A model generated the notes under the pieces. It did not search any database, was not told where the DNA came from, and saw nothing but the letters and a program-made list of their open reading frames with translations. From the IMG/VR virus record IMGVR_UViG_3300042881_000982: a stretch of DNA of 64,000 nt; one strand, given 5' to 3'. The position numbers and the translations under genes were made by a program. Positions 46,001 to 53,085 of the stretch are shown here, piece after piece (position 1 is the first letter of the stretch; every line of letters begins with the position of its first letter). The stretch is from an uncultured virus (IMG/VR IMGVR_UViG_3300042881_000982). Taxonomy: Duplodnaviria > Heunggongvirae > Uroviricota > Caudoviricetes.

Positions 46001-46240
46001 GGTAAAATAATCCAAGAAGCCAAATACACCCGGAGCTTCTACAGCTTTTAACGGTTGACGAGCTTGTAACCGCGCTTCGGCAGTATTTACATCAGGCGCA
46101 GCCGCCACGGGGGCTGGCGCAGGGGCAGGCGCTTTGCTCGCGGCAATTTGTTCCTTAACCACACGCTGAATAACTTCCATTGGCGTGTCATCAGGAAACT
46201 CAAGGACGCGGCCATCGGCAAGTTCGGCGCGTTTTGTCAC
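40070..46240 (-). CDS. Large internal virion / ejection polyvalent protein (Pro-Ala linker, GNAT-like and PLxRFG-like regions)
   Basis: 2056 aa, last late gene; GGGRKAMEQLTKVAD...LTEWYSGFGF; YFPAMRFGSYY; long helical C-terminus. Confidence 0.7.
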   Translation of the reverse strand: MTKRAELADGRVLEFPDDTPMEVIQRVVKEQIAASKAPAPAPAPVAAAPDVNTAEARLQARQPLKAVEAPGVFGFLDYFTDRQGAIKRDRERAAYLQELGQRGALEDIKTQTGFFDRLGDFFSRGLLSTTANIKDTQRAIESDPELKKQFTEEARRFAADKGIEIKGETTQEDVKRDFLRNAIPYVVEGIAGAIPGTLAAAVPLPGLGISNIFGGQAREATELEGRQDVEFSDLVKVAPGALAVTALDQLGLAGIFATPAKTVLGRIGKATMLEGGTEAIQSAIEYANPRLVTGNDIDAGEMFEQAAFGALVGGGMGGSLRGGVEAVSAALNRGKAEATNKTSFADSPDVEQEFYRLITVETQALRDQNPDLTQRQAFNQAVKDAGKLYDTAIINTMLGVEGEADVVSDVDTGMDVVGGVGAGVAPDIGTAPPSPSVTDAGEIVGGGLERPVSGVSVPDVGEGAGVSPLTAAPAPEITTPTPTPTFDITPVMEAPTLSERTSAAQQLVSDIVIDTPELQALPKGKYTQAARQMATAASRGKQFDPVDIVYNVAGIERPAPVTPVPAFEPMAAPAVPAAPSIDEVAVAPVKAAIEAAAAPTPTAGPIPTLAQASAREVGITPTPPPPPPVQAAPPPVAAAPTPAAPVTPPAPPEMATPAAPVTPPPVAAAPDIAAPPETAALPPLPEMAAPTVEPTPTPPAPPAVRTVNDMAGLGTVNPDNTNEVLIEGGGIQLTPLADNILKVDSLRAVETGGGRKAMEQLTKVADTNGTELQLSPEPFAAEVGKEMTPTELTEWYSGFGFQEQPDGTMVRPAPTAAPSTITPAAAATPQEILTNLESFAISEAQDRDFDQDAFLEGVDDIRNGREPMSYSDALKTYGLDNAKIPLGPSEGGDVALSRVAGAQWAQERVAEAQTAAPVVQEPVQETTATPAPAEVASEIPPAAAPPGAPPIPPTAPPATGGPSAPAPRKPKVVSNGKPVVLTEAQKRTALAKAKAIRTKMNRIQKRIAATNDTADVLSDGIDLVKLARGDKENWALLRGAIDTVDIGKWQLILPTLSTEDIFRVLKGRIPGLTEADRITQQDITRFQTKEYLKLADELEQVADFLKKYPKAAQALSDLEFATVAYQVDPTKAATPEAYAKLDKKTKELQTELGNVTVGDAKGKKKVEDKIARRFEDIKSVYVGVPGDERVIGWRDLGRPEFGGGKGREIFKLLRDGHRRDLEAKYDALRSRLMETKKDEALDEALEKLEAQFKPAREQVIYFPAMRFGSYYARVGTGANSIFKLFETSTQRNQFVRIMESRGEEVTETGNVEDLRNQFGQMAGGPLKEVLDLFEGDQKDLGALRSQVFDLWLQTMSAGDMRKHMAPRKMRAGYSTDILKNFANFRRASINDVKRAKFGEKLRTEISRAKDMVKDMPDREKMNVFIKEIELRTLSDLMPPERGNPYWEGAIELGNKMAFYQYLANPKTALIQLTQLHIVALPILAQKYGSAKATAALSKYGFSSLGGFVTSPLKAIKREDGSFTFDWEQPNLLDNPISALKEESDPELYEVLSEGWNEGRDLNLWMDTFANQIGGYGNADPQQSSALQELMKGRVHTAAWRGTTFAFEAMGTLMHQMERVNREATYMAALELAYRENKKKGQTHAEAKKNAIEAAVETTLAATFDFSSYNKPRVLNTGIGRLAGQFMSYPYMMTSLLARNMYTAIKVSGLEPGERKAAIQTATGALFNIGLYAGLTGVPLYGLSTTIASMLLWAFGDDEEEEGGLSYLDENGNIKATYNVDWWFRNVWIPKFFGSDGTVANLFGLDDDTAEVVARSVEKGPISAITDIDLSNSVALDFLFFVPRESRAETPEGKVVEYTFSALTGAAGNMVMDYLKAGKDLINGYTNRALEKTPKLFSNVAKANRFATEGQTNYARELVGMDKDFWSSDKVILQALGFASTEASQKQQQNYEAKSIDVKVKKAREDFLNKLRKTALDRYQYGSTPETDAAQQQIVKDWVTFNQTYPTHVIGIDSFYEVQNNAVNNAVESYGTRGLPMDESTPYLSDLYLRRLETEKQ

Positions 46241-47703
46241 TAGATTGGGTTACCATTCCTATCAAATTTAATCGTGTTGCTGCCACCGCCATACACACGG
46301 TCAGTAATCTCATTAGCCTTGTTTTGCAAATAGCTTAACCCAGCGTTAAGTCCCTTGGCTCCGACGATCCTTTGGTATTCAGGGTCAGTTACCGCGTTCT
46401 TCCTAAATTCGTCCAAAGTACTGGAGAAGAAAGCACCCTTGCGCGCTTGGAGGTCCATACCCCCAACATCCCGTGAAGCAGCAGCCGAAATCAACGCACC
46501 CTGTATATTTGCACCAGCCATGATCTTGGCTTTAACGAGGTCAGCGTCAATCCCAAGGCGGGTCAGTGTATTGTTGAAGTTCCGGTCTTGGAATGCCTGT
46601 TCGAGTGAATTGTAACCCTTGAGCATATCCAGAGCAATTCCGGCCCGAGCTTCGATTTCCTTGTTACCAGTCCGCTCTTCGGCAAGAAGTTCACGCGTAA
46701 GTGCGCGCTCTTCGCCACGCCGTTCCTTGGCCGCAGCCGCGATACCCGGCAAAGCTTCACCAATACCTGCGCTGGCAGCTTGGAGTAGGGAACCCGGTGT
46801 CGTCGCCATCTTTGCGCCGATCTGACCAAGGGCCATCCACATGTCTTCCTTCTTGCTTTTCTTGCGTTCTTCGGGAGACCGCTGCTTTTCAAGGATTGCT
46901 TCCAGTTCTTCCGCCCGTTTAGTCTTACGGGGTGCAGCTTCTGCAAAACGGTCGAGATTGCCAAAGATATCGTTCCTAAAACCACCGAGTTGTGCCGGTG
47001 CTTGAAACGCCGTACCCTGCATAAGCTTGGCACCTAAGTTTTGTGGTTTGCTGCCACTAACCCCGATATCGCCCGCAGCTTCTATAGCGGCTTCGGCTGC
47101 TATATCGTCAGCGGTACCCTTACTAGCAGCTTCTTCAGCCGCCAGTTCATCTTCAGTGGCACCTGCGAGAAGAGCCGCGATACCCTTGGCCTTAACAGGA
47201 CCACCGGGGTTAAACGCAACCATACCGCCGCCAGCATAGCCGTCGTTAAAGCCACCGTTGCTGGACTCGTCGAACATACCATCAGGAAGCGGCATATCAG
47301 ATAGGCCACCGCCAGACATATAAGGAGGAACCATACCGCCCATAGCCATCATCGGCATTTCACCTTGCGGAGCAGGCATACCCATAGGAGGCGCAGCACC
47401 CATCGGGGGCATAGCAGCAGCTTGCGGCGTAGCACCAAGACCCGCCGGAGCCGGGGGAGCCGGAGGAGCACCCTGTGGCGGCATTTGCGGCTGTGGAGCC
47501 ATAACTTGTTGGGCTACAGTCTGCTGCGGAGCAGCTTCCATCTGCGCTGCGCTGCGCATACGGTCAATAAACATACCTGCCATCGTGCCAGCCGTAGGGT
47601 CAAGGATACCCATCTGCATGGCTTCGGCAATCTTCTGCTTGTTGCCACCGTAATCCTTGGCGATCTGCTCGGGGGACTGAAGGTTATAGGGTTTGGTTTC
47701 CAT
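46240..47703 (-). CDS. Internal virion (ejection) protein
   Basis: 487 aa, Pro/Met/Ala-rich with MAMGG, YAGGG and FNPGG motifs. Confidence 0.6.
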   Translation of the reverse strand: METKPYNLQSPEQIAKDYGGNKQKIAEAMQMGILDPTAGTMAGMFIDRMRSAAQMEAAPQQTVAQQVMAPQPQMPPQGAPPAPPAPAGLGATPQAAAMPPMGAAPPMGMPAPQGEMPMMAMGGMVPPYMSGGGLSDMPLPDGMFDESSNGGFNDGYAGGGMVAFNPGGPVKAKGIAALLAGATEDELAAEEAASKGTADDIAAEAAIEAAGDIGVSGSKPQNLGAKLMQGTAFQAPAQLGGFRNDIFGNLDRFAEAAPRKTKRAEELEAILEKQRSPEERKKSKKEDMWMALGQIGAKMATTPGSLLQAASAGIGEALPGIAAAAKERRGEERALTRELLAEERTGNKEIEARAGIALDMLKGYNSLEQAFQDRNFNNTLTRLGIDADLVKAKIMAGANIQGALISAAASRDVGGMDLQARKGAFFSSTLDEFRKNAVTDPEYQRIVGAKGLNAGLSYLQNKANEITDRVYGGGSNTIKFDRNGNPI

Positions 47704-47705
47704 CG

Positions 47706-50309
47706 TTATGCCCCCGCAAAAGTCTTATAGATGCTGGCCGCGCCGAGGCCCGTGCCAAGAAGCTGCTGCCCGATACCCGGCTGTTGAGCGTAAGTCGAGG
47801 TCGTCGAGTTCGGCGTGACCGGAACACCACGTAGCAAGCTGCTATACTGCTGCAACTGCTCCATTGGGTAGTCGCGTTGACGCATGAAGTCCTGATACGC
47901 CATATCGAGGTATTGCTGTTGAAGTGCTTGCTGTTGTGCCGCTGTAGAAGTCTGTTGGCCGAAGCGGGCGAGATCAGCCTGTGATTGGCCCGTACCAATA
48001 TTGGAAAGCGTCTGAGCCATCTGCCCTGCCTGAGCGAGACCTGCAAGACCTTGCTGCGACCCAAACTGGCGCGACTGCTCTGCCATGCGCTGGCGGTCGA
48101 GGTCAGCCTGCTGGTTAGACTGCAACGCGGCAAGGCCCGTCTGGGCACCAAGCTGCTGTGTCTGGAGTGCGGCGCTAAGGTTCTGCTGGCCCGTCGTAAG
48201 TTGCGCCTGCTGGTTAGCCAATGCTGCGCGCATCGCCTGCTCGGCGTTAAGCCCCTGTGTCTGAAGCTGGGCTGCCAAGTTCTGGACATTAGCCTGCGAA
48301 GCGGAGTCAAGGTTGGCAAGCGCCGTCTGCATACCCGTCTGGGTACCAAGTTGCTGGACACCGAGCGCAGCTTGGAGGTTTGCCTGTCCGCGAGTGACGT
48401 CCACACCCTGATTGGCCAACGCCGCTTTAAGTGCATTGTCGGCGTTCATACCCTGCGCTTGGAACTGCTGGGCTTGGTTATTTACACGTGCCTGTTGCTC
48501 GTTCGAGAGGTTAGCCAGTGCAAGCTGCGTACCCGTCTGAGCACCAAGCTGCTGCGTTTGAAGCTGCGACTGTAGGTTCTGCGTTCCCCGCGTGACGTCT
48601 ACACCTTGGTTGGCCAATGCTGCACGTAGTGCGTTATCAGCATTCATACCTTGAGCTTGGAACTGCTGAGCTTGGTTGTTCACACGTGACTGCTGCTCGT
48701 TCGACAGATTCTGCATCGCCACTTGGAGGTTCTGCTGCGCGCCGAGTTCCTGTGTCCCCATCTGGGATTGCAGATTGGCCTGTGCACGGGTGACATCCAC
48801 ACCTTGGTTAGCCAGCGCCGCCCTCATAGCGTTGTCTGCATTCATGCCCTGAGCTTGGAATTGCTGAGCTTGGTTGTTGACGTTGGCCTGCTGTTCGTTG
48901 GACAGGTTAGCAAGTGCCGCTTGCAGGTTCTGCTGCGCACCCAGTTCCTGTACACCAAGCCGAGCCGCAAGATTCTGCTGACCCGTAGCGATGCCAGCCT
49001 GCTGATTGGCCAGTGCCGCCTTCATGGCGTTGTCCGCAGACATACCCTGCGCTTGGAACTGCATAGCCTGATTATTGACGTTAGCCTGCTGCTCGTTGGA
49101 CAGGTTAGCCAAGGACGCCTGAAGACCCGTCTGAGTACCAAGTTGTTGCTGTTGAAGTGCTGCTTGGAGGTTCTGCTGACCTGTGGTCATACCCGCTGCG
49201 CGGTCACGCTCAAACTGTTGCTGCGCACTTTCGTACGCCGCCTGCCGACCACGAGCATCAATATCCCCAAGCTGCTGGCCGAGGTTGCGTTCGCGTTCCA
49301 ACCCAGCAAGAAGCTGGCGAGACCCACCGTAAGTGCCCTGACGCGATGCGCCGAGGTCTTGGACAAGCTGCGCTTGCTTCGCGCTACGGATAGCTTCACG
49401 CTTCTGCGGCTCCATTACGGCTTCCGCAAATGGCGACATGTACTTCTGGGCTTGCTCTAAACCAAAAGCCTGTGGCCCTTCCATACGGAACTGTTCAAGC
49501 GGACCTTGACCGAAAGAAGTGCGCGCCGCCTGCATCGTGGGAGCATTGACATCGACGCCACCAACACGCTCGGCAGCCCCCATCTGGAAGGCTTCGAGGT
49601 CTGGACGATAGCCGGTCTGCGCTGCCCGCATATCAACTGCGTTGACGCCTTGCGCCCCTACATCACGAGCGCCACCTATTTCAAAGGTCCGAAGGTCTGG
49701 GCGGTAACCCGACTGCGCGGCCTGCATATCTTGCGCCGACACACCCTGCGCACCAACATCACGAGCGCCACCCATCTCATACTGCTGTAGATTGGGTTGA
49801 TAGCCGGTCTGCGCGCCCTGCATATTCTGTGAACGAACATTACGCGAGGCAACATCACGAGCGCCACCCATCTGGAAATAATTAAGATCGGGTTGGAACC
49901 CAGTCTGGGCAGTGCCCATCTGAGGTGTGTTGTACTGACCTGCTTGAACCTGCTGTGGCCCACTCATGCTGTACTGCTGGAGGTTAGGCATCCCGATCTG
50001 TTGCGCGCCAAACTGGCCTGTCGCATATTGACCTGCTTGGAGCGAACCAAGTCCAGCGGCTGTGGCGAGAGTAGAAGCGGTACCAAACTGACCCGGCGTT
50101 TGCTGGTTCAGAATATTCTGCTGTACCTGTTGCTGCTGTGGGGTGAAGCCAGCAATACGTTCCTGTCCGTAAGGGGTATAGTCCTTGGTCAGTTCGGTGC
50201 CCGCACGTTGCATCAACCCTTCGAAATACGGACGTGCGTATTCGGGGAGGTTAGACTGGGTTACCTCTTGCTTGACTGGTTGATTGCTGCTGCTGCCACC
50301 CTTAGCCAT
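47706..50309 (-). CDS. Internal virion (DNA transfer) protein with Gln-rich repeats
   Basis: Likely start ATG 50309 (MAKGGSSS); PYGQERIAGFTP, YMSPF, GTYGGSRQ; ~32-aa and ~65-aa tandem repeats. Confidence 0.65.
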   Translation of the reverse strand: MAKGGSSSNQPVKQEVTQSNLPEYARPYFEGLMQRAGTELTKDYTPYGQERIAGFTPQQQQVQQNILNQQTPGQFGTASTLATAAGLGSLQAGQYATGQFGAQQIGMPNLQQYSMSGPQQVQAGQYNTPQMGTAQTGFQPDLNYFQMGGARDVASRNVRSQNMQGAQTGYQPNLQQYEMGGARDVGAQGVSAQDMQAAQSGYRPDLRTFEIGGARDVGAQGVNAVDMRAAQTGYRPDLEAFQMGAAERVGGVDVNAPTMQAARTSFGQGPLEQFRMEGPQAFGLEQAQKYMSPFAEAVMEPQKREAIRSAKQAQLVQDLGASRQGTYGGSRQLLAGLERERNLGQQLGDIDARGRQAAYESAQQQFERDRAAGMTTGQQNLQAALQQQQLGTQTGLQASLANLSNEQQANVNNQAMQFQAQGMSADNAMKAALANQQAGIATGQQNLAARLGVQELGAQQNLQAALANLSNEQQANVNNQAQQFQAQGMNADNAMRAALANQGVDVTRAQANLQSQMGTQELGAQQNLQVAMQNLSNEQQSRVNNQAQQFQAQGMNADNALRAALANQGVDVTRGTQNLQSQLQTQQLGAQTGTQLALANLSNEQQARVNNQAQQFQAQGMNADNALKAALANQGVDVTRGQANLQAALGVQQLGTQTGMQTALANLDSASQANVQNLAAQLQTQGLNAEQAMRAALANQQAQLTTGQQNLSAALQTQQLGAQTGLAALQSNQQADLDRQRMAEQSRQFGSQQGLAGLAQAGQMAQTLSNIGTGQSQADLARFGQQTSTAAQQQALQQQYLDMAYQDFMRQRDYPMEQLQQYSSLLRGVPVTPNSTTSTYAQQPGIGQQLLGTGLGAASIYKTFAGA

Positions 50310-50742
50310 TCTGACCTCCAAAGCCCGCTTCAGCTACGGGTAATTCAAACACTTGCCACAATACACGATATCCGTCATCTTTAAAAGCACGTGCAAGCCC
50401 AAGCCTGCCCGATGCTTCGATAACATCACATCCGCTATCACGTGCCCAACTCTGGAGTGTGGACAGCATCTCGTCCTTCCAACTAAACCCATCGTCACCA
50501 GCAAGAAAGACCAAATCGAGGCAATTCTTACGTGGGTACTGCCAGAAGCGGGTGATTGTCACCCCTTTAATATCATCTCCATCGAGCACAACCCAAAGAT
50601 GCGCTTGGCCGTTAAGTACAATCTCGATGATGTCCTCTGGTTCGTAACGTCCGAAAGTATATTCCGAAGCACTGCTTAAGTAAGGGAAGATACGAGGCCA
50701 AAGCCCTTCAACCAATTCAGGAGGAACCAGACTTACTTCCAT
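50302..50742 (-). CDS. Conserved podovirus tail-module protein (GNAT-like fold)
   Basis: LWVV, YPRK..L...FLAG, WARDSGC..IE..GR.G. Confidence 0.55.
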   Translation of the reverse strand: MEVSLVPPELVEGLWPRIFPYLSSASEYTFGRYEPEDIIEIVLNGQAHLWVVLDGDDIKGVTITRFWQYPRKNCLDLVFLAGDDGFSWKDEMLSTLQSWARDSGCDVIEASGRLGLARAFKDDGYRVLWQVFELPVAEAGFGGQNG

Positions 50743-52325
50743 TATACGAGACCCCGACGTACCTTAGTATCTTGACCGCGCTTGGCTTTCTTCCGGGCTT
50801 TGTGGGCCTTATCCATAAGCGCATATAGTTTATCAGCGCCACGCTTCTGGTTACCCTTACCGATCCGCTTCACAACGCCAGCAGGGATAATGGCTTCATC
50901 ACGCGCAACACGCGCAGGCTGGTCACGCCCTATGCGGGCAGGGACACTATCACTTACACCATCGCCCGGCCCTTGCACGGGACGACCACCAATACGGCGA
51001 AGAGCTTCGAGGCCAGCGTTGCTACTACCGTTACCAAGTTCAGATACCGTGCGGGCATCGAGCACAAAAGCTCCATCGGCCAGTTCGACTTCACCACCAT
51101 CAGCGAAGCCTTCTTCCTCAGGGTCAACACCGCCCATATACGGCACAAAACGCTGGCCGTACATCGGGGAACCCTTAGGCGTCTTCTTGTTGGTGGGTAG
51201 CAAATAGTTCTGCATGATCGGCGTACCCCGCGCAGTGCTGGAACCCGGCTGAACAATCTGCCCCTGCATGTTATATACTTCAGGCATACCAATGTCGAAG
51301 TAACGACGCTCCTTGGACGAACCAAGGATTTCACTGGTGTCTTTAGCAAAGCTCGGCGTGCGCTTCTGCGCCGTGTATGGTCCTTGGTAGGAGTTGTCCA
51401 TCATACCAGATGCGGTTTGGTATCCAGATGGGGCCATTGCACCGGAGATACCTTGTAGTGCTCCCATACCAGCCATCATAGGCGCAGCTTTAGAGATGAT
51501 ACCCGGAGTGCCACCGGGTAGCCCAGTGCGAACTGCTTGACCGAAACGCGAACCCATGCCGCCTGTGAACTGGGCACCACCACCTTGCATAGCCGTTGCA
51601 GCGCCGGGGTTTATTGGTCCAAGAGCGTTAATTGACAACGCCGGGTCTACCACTGCGCCAGTGACTGTCTGCACTCCACCAGTAGTTGCTGCGGAAGGAG
51701 CCGTTGTGCCTAGAGTGGGGGCAGTGTTGGTTATACCGCTAGCTACACCTTGTGGGACCGCTGCACCAAGACCCATGTTAGCGCCGAACATACCGGCCTT
51801 GTCGCCCAGTAGGCCGAAGGCATTACCGCCTGCAAGCTTACCACCGACGCCAGCCATACCAGCCATACCCGCACCACCAAAGGCACCGAGGCCAGCCGTC
51901 AGACCTTTCTTCAAACTACCGGTGCGTGCGAACTGTCCTGCGCCTACGATACCAGCAGCAAGGGGGGCACCGACGCCAGTAGCCGCTAGGGCTGCGCCAA
52001 GGATCGTTGGGAGAAGTTTACCAAGCCAGCCAGCTTCTGGGAGGCCAGTGTGGGGGTTGATGGTGAGAGAGCCACCTGTGGCCATGGCCAGACCTTGGAG
52101 GCTGTTAACCTCGCCCGGTGTCATGTGGACAAGCATGGAGTCGTCGCCACGACCAAAGCTTTGAAGTTGCTCCGCCATTGGATTAGCAAGAACCGAGAGA
52201 CCGCCCTGCGAAGGTAGGCCACCAGTCAGGCCCGGAACCTGCTGTCCAAGCATGGGAGGGTTACCAACTGGGGGTCGCCCAGTGTTCATTTCTGCGTATG
52301 TTGGCGGAGCAGCCTGCATGTCCAT
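50742..52325 (-). CDS. Internal virion protein, Gly/Ala-rich
   Basis: GRGDDSMLVHMTPGE...TINPHTGLPE; hydrophobic Gly-rich segment; FADGG...LADGAFV; GPGDGVSDSVPA. Confidence 0.65.
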   Translation of the reverse strand: MDMQAAPPTYAEMNTGRPPVGNPPMLGQQVPGLTGGLPSQGGLSVLANPMAEQLQSFGRGDDSMLVHMTPGEVNSLQGLAMATGGSLTINPHTGLPEAGWLGKLLPTILGAALAATGVGAPLAAGIVGAGQFARTGSLKKGLTAGLGAFGGAGMAGMAGVGGKLAGGNAFGLLGDKAGMFGANMGLGAAVPQGVASGITNTAPTLGTTAPSAATTGGVQTVTGAVVDPALSINALGPINPGAATAMQGGGAQFTGGMGSRFGQAVRTGLPGGTPGIISKAAPMMAGMGALQGISGAMAPSGYQTASGMMDNSYQGPYTAQKRTPSFAKDTSEILGSSKERRYFDIGMPEVYNMQGQIVQPGSSTARGTPIMQNYLLPTNKKTPKGSPMYGQRFVPYMGGVDPEEEGFADGGEVELADGAFVLDARTVSELGNGSSNAGLEALRRIGGRPVQGPGDGVSDSVPARIGRDQPARVARDEAIIPAGVVKRIGKGNQKRGADKLYALMDKAHKARKKAKRGQDTKVRRGLV

Positions 52326-52392
52326 TGCGATATCCTACCTTGTACCTACGCTTATAGCGTTAATTTTATCAAAACCAAAGCCCTTACACATG

Positions 52393-53085
52393 TCAAACTG
52401 CCTTCGACACAAAGAACGCCTCGACAATAGCCGAAGGAGTAGCTGGGATTGCAGGGGTTACCCCCGCTGAGTAAGCCACCGCTGGCAGATGCTCCATAAC
52501 TACGCTTGCGTTGGTTGTATGCCACATAACTTCGACCCACACACCCGGCGCTTCTGCAAAACCACTAAATGGCGTCACTGCAATAAGGTAAGAAGGGTCA
52601 CCAGTTGATTTGCGTGGTGGGATCGTAAACTTACTGTTCGAGTTAGGCACATCAGTAGTTGTCGTGCCGTTGTTGTATCGCAGCCAGACATCCACCGACT
52701 GCGCATCGTTGGTCGGGTTCTTAAACGACAGGCTGTATATAAACATGTACATACCCGGAGACGCGAAGGTAATCCGTGTGTTGTCTACACCGGTAATAGT
52801 GATACCGTCTGTGAAAGACGTAATCTCCAACCGCACTGCATAGGCTTGGTCGATAGTTGTCGCTGTCTGATCCACGTTACTCAAGAACTGGTTATGCGGC
52901 ATGGTTAGCCCGATGCCACTCCCGTAGAAGAAGTCGGCTGTATAAGTCTGAGCGTTGTTACCTGCACGTGAGTCAAGCTGCGAGAAATAAGTTTCCAGCA
53001 CGCGGATAACCTGCCGTATATACTGCGCATCGTACTCCGATGGAGGGTTAGGTAGCGGCGCGGCTTTGAACTTATCGAGGGCCAT
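52393..53085 (-). CDS. Tail protein
   Basis: Likely start ATG 53085 (MALDKFKAAPLPNPP); beta-rich C-terminal domain. Confidence 0.6.
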   Translation of the reverse strand: MALDKFKAAPLPNPPSEYDAQYIRQVIRVLETYFSQLDSRAGNNAQTYTADFFYGSGIGLTMPHNQFLSNVDQTATTIDQAYAVRLEITSFTDGITITGVDNTRITFASPGMYMFIYSLSFKNPTNDAQSVDVWLRYNNGTTTTDVPNSNSKFTIPPRKSTGDPSYLIAVTPFSGFAEAPGVWVEVMWHTTNASVVMEHLPAVAYSAGVTPAIPATPSAIVEAFFVSKAV

